Below, piece by piece: positions 1 through 7,644 of a DNA stretch of 11,554 nt. Under the pieces are notes generated by a model, which saw only the letters and a list, made by a program, of their open reading frames with translations, was not told where the DNA came from and searched no databases. Numbering within the stretch: position 1 is the first letter of the stretch; each line of letters starts with the position of its first letter. This DNA comes from an uncultured Deinococcales bacterium (GTDB lineage: Bacteria > Deinococcota > Deinococci > Deinococcales > JAAFIG01). The stretch spans positions 18,865-30,418 of the forward strand of contig CAXTKV010000014.1 of the NCBI GenBank assembly GCA_964244895.1. Reading direction: 5' to 3'. The position numbers and the translations under genes are program-made.

Positions 1-94
1 TCGTGCGGTGCGCCGATCCTACCGTCTCGAGGGCTGGCTTGAAAGCCTCGAAATCTGAAGTTTTCTCATCCTCGCGGTTCGGGATGAGAATGGG

Positions 95-157
95 AGAACC
101 GTGCTGGACAGTGTTCTTTTCAGGTCAAAAAACACTGTTCCAGACGGTATTCTCGAG
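95..157. repeat. Inverted doublet of the intergenic palindromic repeat family (REP/REPIN-like)
   Basis: AGAACCGTGCTGGACAGTGTT (95-115) faces AACACTGTTCCAGACGGTATTCTCGAG (131-157). The right unit closely matches the copies at 9105-9134 and 7511-7540 (reverse complement). Confidence 0.8.
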
Positions 158-237
158 AAAATCCTTTAGAGTCCGAGGCGCGCCGGGTGCGCGCACACCC
201 TGGCCGCACCCTCGAGCATCGCATTCGAATGTCGGTC

Positions 238-1077
238 TCAGCCCTTGACCGCACCCGCCGTCAGCGCCCGCGCGAGCTGGCGGTAACTGAACAACCCGAT
301 CACCAACGGCGGCAGGGTGCTCAAGACCATCGCCGCGCTGATCTCGCCCCATTTGACGCCCCAGGAGGTGATGAACAATGTTGCGCCGACCGTGACGGGC
401 GTGGCGTTGCGGGTGGTCAGGATCAGGCCGAACAGAAATTCGTTCCAGACGTAAATGAATGACAGGATCGCGGTCGCGGTCATCGCGGGGCGCGCGAGCG
501 GCACGATCACCAGCCGGAAGACATCCCAGGTTCCGGCTCCGTCCACGCGGGCGGCTTCCTCAACCTCGAGCGGGAAGTCCTGCACGAAACCCACGAACAA
601 CAGGAGGGCCAACGGGATGTTGATGATTGCGCCGATCAACCCCAGGCCCAGGTGCGTGTCCAGCAATCCGACGGCTTGGAACATCAGGTAAAACGGGATG
701 GCGAAAATCACCAGCGGCACGGCTCGCAGATTCGTGATCAGCGGCAACAGCACCCTCGAGCCAATTTTGAAACGCACCATCGCGTACGCGGCGGGCAGCG
801 TCAACGCGATGGCGATGACCGTGCCCAGCGTGGCGATGACCACGCTGTTGAGCAGGTAACGCGGAAAATTCAAGGTCGGGTCTGACAGCACGATTGCGTA
901 ATATTTCAGCGTCGGCGAGAAGACCCACACGGGCGGGTTCTTGTAGATGTCCGCAATCGGTTTGAACGACGTGAAGGCCGTGGCGATCAACGGAAAGTTG
1001 ATCAGCAGCACGACTGCGCCGAATACGATCCAGCGCAGCGTCTCGAACGCGATGCTGACCGGTGATTGGCGCTTCAC
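238..1077 (-). CDS. Carbohydrate ABC transporter permease (MalG-like), transporter 2
   Basis: Several hydrophobic segments and an EAA loop (EVEEAARVDGAGTWDVFRLVIVPL). Start placed at GTG 1077 (MKRQSP...); GTG 1080 or 1098 are alternatives. Confidence 0.92.
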   Translation of the reverse strand: MKRQSPVSIAFETLRWIVFGAVVLLINFPLIATAFTSFKPIADIYKNPPVWVFSPTLKYYAIVLSDPTLNFPRYLLNSVVIATLGTVIAIALTLPAAYAMVRFKIGSRVLLPLITNLRAVPLVIFAIPFYLMFQAVGLLDTHLGLGLIGAIINIPLALLLFVGFVQDFPLEVEEAARVDGAGTWDVFRLVIVPLARPAMTATAILSFIYVWNEFLFGLILTTRNATPVTVGATLFITSWGVKWGEISAAMVLSTLPPLVIGLFSYRQLARALTAGAVKG

Positions 1078-1148
1078 CACGACCCCAGCCCCGAGCACTC
1101 GAGTCTCGAGCGAAACAAAAGTTGATTCTCGTTTATGTGATCACTCAC
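1074..1148 (-). other. Putative 24-aa bridging mini-ORF (MSDHINENQLLFRSRLECSGLGSW)
   Basis: GTG 1148 overlaps the upstream permease stop (GTGAGTGA) and follows GGAG by 5 nt. Its TGA (1076-1074) overlaps GTG 1077 (GTGA). No recognisable homology. Confidence 0.3.
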
Positions 1149-2052
1149 GACCGCTCCCGCGAACCGCGAACCGCATCGAAATCAAAAGCGGCACGAGCGA
1201 GATCAGCAAGAGCAAAATGGAGGCCGATATCGCCGGACCGAGCGCGTCGGATTGAAAAAAGTGCTTGTAGATGTAGATGCTGATGCTGGTCGTGGCCGTG
1301 CCCGGCCCGCCCGCCGTCAGCACGTAGATGTGATCGAAGACGCGGAACGAATCGATGAAACGCACGAAAGCGCTGATCGCGATCGCGGGTGTCAACAGCG
1401 GCAGCACCACGAAGCGCACCGTCTGGGTCGATGTCGCGCCGTCCACGCGGGCCGCCTCGAGCAACTCCGGGGGCACGGTCTGGAGGGCGGTGTACAAAAT
1501 CAGAAACGCGAACGAGGTCCATTGCAAAATCTCGATGGCCACCAGCGTGACCATCGCGGTCGAGGGGCCGAACAGATCGGTCGGCGGCACGCCCAGCAGT
1601 TCCAGGTAGCGCGGCACGACACCCACGAAATCGTTCAGGATCAACCGGTACATCACGCCCAAGAGGGCGGGCGAAATCATCATCGGCAGCAACAGCAGCG
1701 CCAGCAACCACTTGCGCCGCTCCAGGAGCGGCTGGAAGTACAGCGCCATACAAAGACCCAGCACGACTTCCAGCAGCGTGCAACTGAGGGCGAAGCGCAG
1801 CGTGAACCACAGCGCCTCGTAGAACTGCGGGTCGGAAAGCGTCTCGGTGTAATTCCTGATGCCCACGAATTCCGGCGTGCGGAGCGTGCGCAGCGTGAAC
1901 GAGGTCAGGCTCGAGACGAGGTTCGAGACGAGCGGGTAACCCAGCATGATCGCCAGGAACACCAACAACGGTGCGACCAGCGCGAGCGCGGCCCGGTCGA
2001 ACCTGGGTTTTCTCGAGCCCTGAGGCGCGGGCGTGACGAGTCTTTCCTGCAT
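1141..2052 (-). CDS. Carbohydrate ABC transporter permease (MalF-like), transporter 2
   Basis: EAA loop (ELLEAARVDGATSTQTVRFVVLPL), FVGIRNY and GGPGTATT motifs. ATG 2052 is preceded by GAGGA. The ORF-track extension to 2193 runs through repeat DNA. Confidence 0.93.
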   Translation of the reverse strand: MQERLVTPAPQGSRKPRFDRAALALVAPLLVFLAIMLGYPLVSNLVSSLTSFTLRTLRTPEFVGIRNYTETLSDPQFYEALWFTLRFALSCTLLEVVLGLCMALYFQPLLERRKWLLALLLLPMMISPALLGVMYRLILNDFVGVVPRYLELLGVPPTDLFGPSTAMVTLVAIEILQWTSFAFLILYTALQTVPPELLEAARVDGATSTQTVRFVVLPLLTPAIAISAFVRFIDSFRVFDHIYVLTAGGPGTATTSISIYIYKHFFQSDALGPAISASILLLLISLVPLLISMRFAVRGSGRE

Positions 2053-2068
2053 CTGTTCCTCAAATCGT

Positions 2069-2130
2069 CCCACGAGAACACCGTCTGGTACGGTGTCTCG
2101 AGATCGCGCGCTGGACGGTGTTCTCGTGGG
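2069..2130. repeat. Inverted doublet of the intergenic palindromic repeat family
   Basis: Perfect 17-bp inverted repeat CCCACGAGAACACCGTC (2069-2085) / GACGGTGTTCTCGTGGG (2114-2130), with an internal unit GAGAACACCGTCTGGTACGGTGTCTCGAG. Confidence 0.88.
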
Positions 2131-2165
2131 GTGCGCACCGCATCCCGATACTCGAGCCCTCGTGA

Positions 2166-2189
2166 AGGGGCGAGGTGCGTCTCGCCCCT
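2166..2189. terminator. Stem-loop downstream of the binding-protein gene (stabiliser or weak terminator; resembles a degenerate GTAG-type REP)
   Basis: AGGGGCGAG-GTGCGT-CTCGCCCCT, a 9-bp stem about 22 nt after the stop at 2212. No good U-tract follows it in the sense direction. Confidence 0.5.
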
Positions 2190-2211
2190 CCAAAAAGACC
2201 GCGCTCGAGGC

Positions 2212-3552
2212 TTACTTCCCGCTCGAGAGTTTTGTCATCTTTTCCGTCGCGGCCTTGAGCGCGGCGTCCACGGTTTTCTGTCCGGCCCAGACCGCGCTGA
2301 ATTCCTCGGCCAACGCCGTGTAGACGGGCACGGCGTAGGCGGCAGTTCCGCCCGTCACCACGAAGCCGTACTTGCCCAGGTGATCGGCCACGATCGGGAA
2401 CTCGGGGCGTTGGGCGGCCATGCTCTTGAGCACGTTCGCCACAGGCGGCAGGCCGCCAGCGTCGGCGTAGATCTTCATGGCGGCCTCAGAGCCCAGGTAG
2501 GCCAGGAACTTGCCCGCCGCGTCTTTTTTCTCCGAGGCTTTGTTCAAGCCGATGCCGAGGCTGTGAACGTGCGTCTTGTGGCCTTTCGGCCCGGCGGGCA
2601 TCGGCGCGATGGCGACCTTGTCGAACACCAGGGGTGATTTTTCCTTGTCGGAGAGTTCGTTGAAGGCGGCGCTCCACTGCAAGGTCAGCGCGACGTTGCC
2701 GGTGCGGAAGGCTTCGTTGGCCTCGCCGTACTCGTAGGTGGTCGCGCCCGGCGGCACGGCCTTGTTCTTGATGATCGTGTTGTAGACGTTCAGGCCCTGG
2801 CGCGCGGCCTGAGAATCGATGGTCGGCTTGCCGTTCTTATCGAACAGATCGCCGCCGTAGCTGACCAGCGTGCTCTGCCAGATCATGATGTTGAACAGAA
2901 TGTTTTTCATCTGCAAGGCCGCGCCGTAGGTGGTCGGCGATTCTGGGTTGAGGGACTTGGTGAAGAACAAGGAGGTGGCGATGAAGTCGTCCCACGTCCA
3001 GTCCTCGGCCTTCTTCGGTACGAGCGCCTTGCCGAGCGCCTTCTGCGAGATGCTCGCGTAAGCCGCCTTCCATTTGGCGTCCGTCAGGAGCTTCTGAACC
3101 AGGTCCTTGCGGTAGTACGTGAAGTGGTTGCTGACGTCGGTGGGCACGCCGTACTGCTTGCCGGTGAAGTTGAGCGAGCTGACGGCGGACGGCAAGAAGC
3201 CCGCGATGCTGGTCTTGTTCAGGTAAGCGTCGATGGGCTCGAGGTACGGCGCGTACCGCCCGAGCGTGTAGGTCGTGATCAGTCCGAGATCGAATTCTTT
3301 CGAGCCCGCCGCCAGATCGGTCTCCTCTTTCTCGAAGTAACCCTGTCTGGAAAAAAGAATCTGCTTGACGCTGACGCCGTCCTTCGCGCCCACCCCCTTG
3401 TTGTAATCGTCGATGACTTTCTGCATCGCTTCCGATTCCGGGCCGGGCCAGAACAGAAGCCCGACCTCGGTGGGGGATTGCGCTCTCGAGAGCGAGAACG
3501 TCAGCGCGGTGGCGGCGGTCAGTCCAATTCCGACGAGAATCCGCTTCCTCAT
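2212..3552 (-). CDS. Sugar ABC transporter substrate-binding protein, transporter 2
   Basis: ATG 3552 with SD AAGGAG. Signal peptide MRKRILVGIGLTAATALTFSLSRA-Q has no lipobox Cys. Family 1 binding-protein-like motifs YGVPTD, YYRKDL, WTWDDF. Confidence 0.92.
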   Translation of the reverse strand: MRKRILVGIGLTAATALTFSLSRAQSPTEVGLLFWPGPESEAMQKVIDDYNKGVGAKDGVSVKQILFSRQGYFEKEETDLAAGSKEFDLGLITTYTLGRYAPYLEPIDAYLNKTSIAGFLPSAVSSLNFTGKQYGVPTDVSNHFTYYRKDLVQKLLTDAKWKAAYASISQKALGKALVPKKAEDWTWDDFIATSLFFTKSLNPESPTTYGAALQMKNILFNIMIWQSTLVSYGGDLFDKNGKPTIDSQAARQGLNVYNTIIKNKAVPPGATTYEYGEANEAFRTGNVALTLQWSAAFNELSDKEKSPLVFDKVAIAPMPAGPKGHKTHVHSLGIGLNKASEKKDAAGKFLAYLGSEAAMKIYADAGGLPPVANVLKSMAAQRPEFPIVADHLGKYGFVVTGGTAAYAVPVYTALAEEFSAVWAGQKTVDAALKAATEKMTKLSSGK

Positions 3553-3626
3553 GTAGAACTCCTTCCCAGGCCAGCGTCTGCTGGCATCACTGGCTGATAC
3601 GGCGGTACTGCGCCCACCACGTGCAT

Positions 3627-3656
3627 AATTTATCAATTTCGTGCAATTTTTTGCAA
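3627..3656 (-). promoter_or_regulatory. Putative sigma70-type promoter for transporter 2, with an overlapping palindrome
   Basis: AT-rich patch. Minus strand reads TTGCAA (3656-3651), 18 nt, then TAAATT (3632-3627) preceded by TGn. The palindrome TGCAA-TTTT-TTGCA lies at 3642-3655. Confidence 0.5.
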
Positions 3657-3703
3657 CGCACCTTTTTGCTCAATGGTTCGGTCGAAAGCCGCCCGCTCGT
3701 CCT

Positions 3704-4552
3704 TCAAAAACTTTTATCCACCACGGCTTCGGCGGTGCGGCGCACAGCCTCGCGTCCACCCTCGAGCCGCGCCAGCAAAGCCGTAAAGATCACTTCCAGA
3801 ACCAACATCTGACCGACCTTGCTGCTGACCGCACCGCCTTCGGTCGGACTTTCCGGGCTGGAGGTGTACAGCACGGCGTCGGCAGCCGTGATCGGGCTGC
3901 GCGAGCGGTGCGTGATGGCGATGGTGAACGCGCCAGCGCGCCTGGCCAACTCGAGCGCGTGAACGGTGTCCTTGGTCGAACCGGATCTGGAAATACCGAT
4001 GGCGACGGTATTTTTGCTCAGGTTGGCGGCGCTCATGGCGGCCATGTGCGGGTCGGTCTGCGCCAGCGCGTTCAGACCCAAGCGCACGAATTTGTACGCG
4101 AAATCCTGGGCAGTCACGCCGGAGGCGGCCACGCCGTAGACCTCGATCCGCCCGGCGGTTTCCAGGGCGTCCACCACGCGATCCACGGTTTCGGGCTCGA
4201 GAATCTGCGCGGTTTCTTCCAGCGCGCGCTCGGCGCTGTGAACCGCGTGCGCGATGATGGCTGGCGTGCCCTGAAGCGCACTGGACGGGCTGGAGACGTT
4301 CGACGAGGCCAGGTCAGCCGTCAAGGAGAGCTTGAAATCCTGGAAGCCCTGGTAGCCCAGATCGCGGCACAATCGGATCACGCTGGCCTCGCCGGAACCG
4401 GAGAGTGAAGCCAGCTCCGTGACGGACAGGTAGATCACGTCCTCGGGTTTTTCCAACGCGTACTCCGCGACGCGTTGCAGGGCGGGCGTCAACGATGGCA
4501 AACTCGAGCGCAAGCGCGCGACCGTACCCGCCGTCGGCGCGAACCTGGTCAC
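3704..4552 (-). CDS. RpiR/MurR family transcriptional regulator (HTH + SIS domain)
   Basis: N-terminal HTH (LSVTELASLSGSGEASVIRLCRDLGYQGFQDFK) and SIS motifs (YGVAASG, IGISRSGST). Start placed at GTG 4552; the ORF-track start at 4768 overlaps nanE. Confidence 0.92.
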   Translation of the reverse strand: MTRFAPTAGTVARLRSSLPSLTPALQRVAEYALEKPEDVIYLSVTELASLSGSGEASVIRLCRDLGYQGFQDFKLSLTADLASSNVSSPSSALQGTPAIIAHAVHSAERALEETAQILEPETVDRVVDALETAGRIEVYGVAASGVTAQDFAYKFVRLGLNALAQTDPHMAAMSAANLSKNTVAIGISRSGSTKDTVHALELARRAGAFTIAITHRSRSPITAADAVLYTSSPESPTEGGAVSSKVGQMLVLEVIFTALLARLEGGREAVRRTAEAVVDKSF

Positions 4553-4653
4553 GGGCGCGACCCGAAGGTGAATCGAGAAACACCGTCCGGGACGCGCAAT
4601 TTTATTTGCGTCCTGGACGGTGTTCTCTTGAACTGGAATCGTTCGGGACTCAT
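4549..4653 (-). other. Putative 34-aa bridging mini-ORF (MSPERFQFKRTPSRTQIKLRVPDGVSRFTFGSRP)
   Basis: ATG 4653 overlaps the nanE stop (TGATG). Its TGA (4551-4549) overlaps the regulator GTG 4552 (GTGA). It reads through the repeat doublet. Confidence 0.35.
4575..4627. repeat. Inverted doublet of the intergenic palindromic repeat family
   Basis: GAGAAACACCGTCCGGGACGC (4575-4595) / GCGTCCTGGACGGTGTTCTC (4608-4627) around an AT-rich loop. Confidence 0.88.
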
Positions 4654-5354
4654 CAGCGACCTGCCGAGCGCACCGCGTTGGCGTACCAGCCGACCACCAC
4701 GTCGGGCCGCGTGATGACCGTGCCGACCACCACGGCGTGCGCACCCAATTCCAGCGCTCGTTTCGCATCGGTGGGGCTCGAGATGCGCCCCTCTGCGATC
4801 ACGGGTTTGCCCAGCCCAACGGCGGCTTCGATGAAATCCCAGTCCGCACCCATCACGCCCGTCAGCGCATCCGGCGCGGGTCTGGGCGAATCCGGCGTGT
4901 AGCCGCTCATGGTCGTGCCGACGAAATCCGCGCCCACCGCAATCGCTTCCCTGGCGTCCTGAAGCGTCGCGCAGTCCGCCATGGCGAGCGCGCCCGCCGC
5001 GTGAACGGCCTCTGTCAACTCGAGCACGCTGTGCGGCCTCTCGCGCCGGGTGGCGTCGAAGGCCACGATGCTGGAACCCGCCGCGACCAGCGCCCTGACC
5101 TCGTCCGGCGTGGGCGTGATGTAGACATCGAAGCCGTCCATGACGCGTTTGGTCAGACCGATGATCGGCAACCGCACGGCCTCTCGCACCGCCCGCACGT
5201 CGTCCACCGATTGGATCCGCACGGCTCGAGCCCCACCGATTTCCGCAGCTCTGGCGAAGGCCGCGATCACGCGCGAATCGCGGAACGGGCTGCCCGGATC
5301 GGCCTGACACGAGACGATCAGCGCACCGCGCAAGGAGTCCAGAAGCTCACTCAC
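4653..5354 (-). CDS. nanE: N-acetylmannosamine-6-phosphate 2-epimerase
   Basis: NanE motifs LIVSCQA, PIIGLTK, YITPT, GTTMSGYT, IAEGRI and VVGTVITRP. GTG 5354 has SD GGAGG. Confidence 0.93.
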   Translation of the reverse strand: MSELLDSLRGALIVSCQADPGSPFRDSRVIAAFARAAEIGGARAVRIQSVDDVRAVREAVRLPIIGLTKRVMDGFDVYITPTPDEVRALVAAGSSIVAFDATRRERPHSVLELTEAVHAAGALAMADCATLQDAREAIAVGADFVGTTMSGYTPDSPRPAPDALTGVMGADWDFIEAAVGLGKPVIAEGRISSPTDAKRALELGAHAVVVGTVITRPDVVVGWYANAVRSAGR

Positions 5355-5448
5355 AGCCATCCTCCATGGGTTCGAGAAAACCATCGCACCAGAATTTCTC
5401 GAGTCTCGAGCGCACCGTCCTGAACGGCTTTCTTTTGACCACGCTCAC
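5347..5448 (-). other. Putative 33-aa bridging mini-ORF (MSVVKRKPFRTVRSRLEKFWCDGFLEPMEDGCE)
   Basis: GTG 5448 overlaps the permease stop (GTGA). Its TGA (5349-5347) overlaps the nanE start region (GTGAGTGA). Confidence 0.3.
5398..5432. repeat. Degenerate repeat unit preceded by tandem CTCGAG
   Basis: CTCGAGTCTCGAGCGCACCGTCCTGAACGGCTTTC; the core CACCGTCC-T-GAACGG matches the family. Confidence 0.6.
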
Positions 5449-6332
5449 GATTTCACCGCGCCATCCAGCCCGCGCATGAACAAACGTTGCGCCAGCAAAA
5501 ATACGATCAGCACGGGAACCATCAAAATCATCGCGCCCGCCGCCACGTTGAACGGCGAGTAATTGAACTGACCCTGAAGTTTCAGCATCGCCACCGAAAG
5601 CGGATGCAGATCTTCCGCGCCGATCAGCGCGATGCTCGGCCAGAAGTACGCGTTCCACGTGCCGACCAGCGTGAAGATACCCAGCGCCGTCAGCGACGGC
5701 ACGGACAGCGGAATCATCAACCGAAACAGAATCCCGAATTCCGTGGCGCCATCGATCCGCGCGGCCTCGAGCAACGAATCGGGAACCTGCATGTACGCCT
5801 GGCGCATCACGAAAATTCCGAAAGCGGTCGCAATCACCGGGATCACCACGCCCGCGTAGGTGTTCAGCAAACCCAATCTGTTCAGGGTCAGCACCTTGAC
5901 GATGAAGCTCGTCTCGTCGGGCAGCACCAGCGTCGCCAGGATGGCCGCAAAAATGATCGCCTGGCCCGGAAAGCGCAACTTGGCCAACGGGTAGGCCGCC
6001 AGCGCCGAGACGATCAGCGTACCCACGACCGTCAGACCGGAAATGATGATCGAGTTCAGCAAGTATTTTTGAAGGTTGAAGACCCGGAAGACCTCGATGA
6101 AATTGTCGATCGTGACGCGCGACGGGAACAGGCTTTTCGGGAAATCGTAAATGCCCGCGCCGCCCGCAACCGTTTTATCGGTGATCGAAATGGCCAGCGT
6201 CCACAAAAACGGGAAGAGCGCAAAGACCGCGATCAGCACCAGCACCAGGTAGGTCAACGCGTTCGAGAAGACCTTGCGCCACGGGATAACGCGGGTGTTC
6301 GAGCGCTCAAAGGTGGGAGTGGAGAGGCTCAC
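5445..6332 (-). CDS. Carbohydrate ABC transporter permease (MalG-like), transporter 1
   Basis: EAA loop (SLLEAARIDGATEFGILFRLMIPL), plus LAAYPLAKLRFPG and WNAYFWP motifs. GTG 6332 has GAGG 7 nt upstream. Confidence 0.93.
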   Translation of the reverse strand: MSLSTPTFERSNTRVIPWRKVFSNALTYLVLVLIAVFALFPFLWTLAISITDKTVAGGAGIYDFPKSLFPSRVTIDNFIEVFRVFNLQKYLLNSIIISGLTVVGTLIVSALAAYPLAKLRFPGQAIIFAAILATLVLPDETSFIVKVLTLNRLGLLNTYAGVVIPVIATAFGIFVMRQAYMQVPDSLLEAARIDGATEFGILFRLMIPLSVPSLTALGIFTLVGTWNAYFWPSIALIGAEDLHPLSVAMLKLQGQFNYSPFNVAAGAMILMVPVLIVFLLAQRLFMRGLDGAVKS

Positions 6333-6373
6333 GAAGTTTCCTCGAGAAAGGGTGCGATTTGCGGGTTCGCGCG

Positions 6374-6437
6374 AGGGCAACCATGAAGGTTGCCCCTACA
6401 GGACAGGATGTTGTGGGGGTAGGCCTTGTCTCTACCT
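6374..6437. repeat. GTAG-type REP doublet
   Basis: The reverse complement of 6374-6399 is GTAGGGGCAACCTTCATGGTTGCCCT (GTAG tetranucleotide plus hairpin). An oppositely oriented degenerate copy GTGGGGGTAGGCCTTGTCTCTACCT lies at 6413-6437. Confidence 0.7.
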
Positions 6438-6496
6438 TTCCCTCGGAACGTTTCTGAGCGCTCTCGCAGGAGGTCTGATCTTTTCGCGCGCGAGGG

Positions 6497-6540
6497 CAGC
6501 GTCTGGCACGCACGCTCGGAATCGCGTCCCGGACGGTATT
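6497..6540. repeat. Degenerate inverted doublet of the intergenic palindromic repeat family
   Basis: CAGCGTCTGGCACGC (6497-6511) faces GCGTCCCGGACGGTATT (6524-6540), the same layout as 4575-4627. Confidence 0.65.
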
Positions 6541-6555
6541 TATTGGGCTCGAGCT

Positions 6556-7452
6556 TCACGGCTTGACCTCGTTCTCTCGGGTCAGGCGGAAGTTCAGGTA
6601 GCTCAGCACGAAACCGAACGCGGCGATCACCAGTCCGGCGGCGCTGGCCTTGCCGAAATCGAAATCCAGCCCGATGCTCTTGCGGTACACGTACAGCAAG
6701 GCCGTGAAGGTGCTGTTCAACGGGCCGCCCTCGCCCCTGGTGAAGACCAGGATTTCTTCCAGCACGCGGATCGCGGCCAGCGTGGACAGGAGTGAACACA
6801 GCAGAATCGTGGGTCGCATCAACGGCACGATGATCCGCCAGAAGGTCTGCCAGGCGTTCGCGCCGTCCAGCCTCGCGGCCTCCTCGAGTTCGGACGGGAT
6901 CGCCTGAAGGCCGCCCAGGTACAGCACCATGTAATAGCCGAAGCCGCGCCAGAACGTCACCAGCATGATCGCCCAGAGCGCCGTGGAGGGGTTGTTCAAC
7001 CAGCCATCCTTGTTGACGACGCCCAGAAAGGACAATCCCCAGTTCAGCACGCCCTCGCGGGCGTAGACCCATTCGAACATCACGGCGGCCAGCGTGATCG
7101 ACGTGATCACGGGCACGTAATACGCAGCACGGAAGAACGTGATGCCGACCAGTCGGCGGTTGACCAGCACGGCCACCGCCAGCGCCGCGACCTGAAGGAT
7201 CGGAACGACGATCAGGTACTTGGCGGAATTCCACAAACCCGTCACGAACAAGGGATCGTTGAAGACCGTGCGGAAATTTTCCAGACCGATCCATTTGGGC
7301 GCTTCACCCGCCCCGAAGGTCGCACCCGTGTACTCCGTGAAGCCCAGGTACGCGCTGTACAGCACCGGATAAAACGTGAAGACCGCCATCAGTAAGAGCG
7401 CGGGCAGCAACAGCCCGTAAGCGATCAAGGTGATGGTCGGTGTTTGCCTCAT
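6556..7452 (-). CDS. Carbohydrate ABC transporter permease (MalF-like), transporter 1
   Basis: EAA loop (ELEEAARLDGANAWQTFWRIIVPL), WIGLENF and GGPLNST motifs. ATG 7452 has SD GAGGT. Confidence 0.93.
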   Translation of the reverse strand: MRQTPTITLIAYGLLLPALLLMAVFTFYPVLYSAYLGFTEYTGATFGAGEAPKWIGLENFRTVFNDPLFVTGLWNSAKYLIVVPILQVAALAVAVLVNRRLVGITFFRAAYYVPVITSITLAAVMFEWVYAREGVLNWGLSFLGVVNKDGWLNNPSTALWAIMLVTFWRGFGYYMVLYLGGLQAIPSELEEAARLDGANAWQTFWRIIVPLMRPTILLCSLLSTLAAIRVLEEILVFTRGEGGPLNSTFTALLYVYRKSIGLDFDFGKASAAGLVIAAFGFVLSYLNFRLTRENEVKP

Positions 7453-7510
7453 CGTGAACCTCAAGATCAAAAGTGGGCGCGTGCTCGAGATTCACAGCCA
7501 AATGATCATG

Positions 7511-7540
7511 CTCGAGAACACCGTCTGGAACGTGCTTTTT
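7511..7540. repeat. Single unit of the intergenic palindromic repeat family
   Basis: CTCGAGAACACCGTCTGGAACGTGCTTTTT; its reverse complement closely matches 127-157. Confidence 0.8.
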
Positions 7541-7612
7541 TATTCTTTGATTTGTGCGTGCTGGATGGTCTTCGTGAACCCTCGACTCGAGCATCTCGAG
7601 TCAGGCCGGAAG

Positions 7613-7644
7613 AGGTGGAGGCGCACACGCGTGCGCCTCCACCT
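7613..7644 (-). terminator. Strong stem-loop immediately after the binding-protein stop (mRNA stabiliser or partial terminator)
   Basis: Perfect 14-bp stem AGGTGGAGGCGCAC-ACGC-GTGCGCCTCCACCT, 5 nt downstream of the stop. Only a weak pyrimidine tail follows. Confidence 0.65.

Larger units (their letters stand above)
6329..6559 (-). other. Putative 76-aa bridging ORF (MKLEPNKYRPGRD...QIAPFLEETS)
   Basis: GTG 6559 overlaps the upstream permease stop (GTGA) and has SD GAGGT. Its TGA (6331-6329) overlaps the downstream GTG 6332. It stays open across two repeat families. Confidence 0.35.

Noticed and set aside
63..90. Hairpin TTCTCATCC...GGATGAGAA as a terminator
   Set aside because: The 9-bp stem is real, but there is no U-tract on either strand and the context is cut off by the window edge.
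2053..2193. ORF-track N-terminal extensions (also 3553-3636, 4553-4768, 11181-11513)
   Set aside because: They run through repeat, promoter or overlapping DNA, and better-supported starts lie downstream.
1252..2637. 461-aa plus-strand ORF
   Set aside because: Antisense shadow of the permease and binding-protein genes; Arg/His/Gln-rich with no recognisable motifs.
4549..6559. Bridging ORFs as frameshifted N-termini (pseudogenes or sequencing errors)
   Set aside because: Downstream genes are of full family length from their own starts, nanE and the 6332 permease have clear SD sites, and the bridge peptides are repeat-derived. Read-level checking would settle it.
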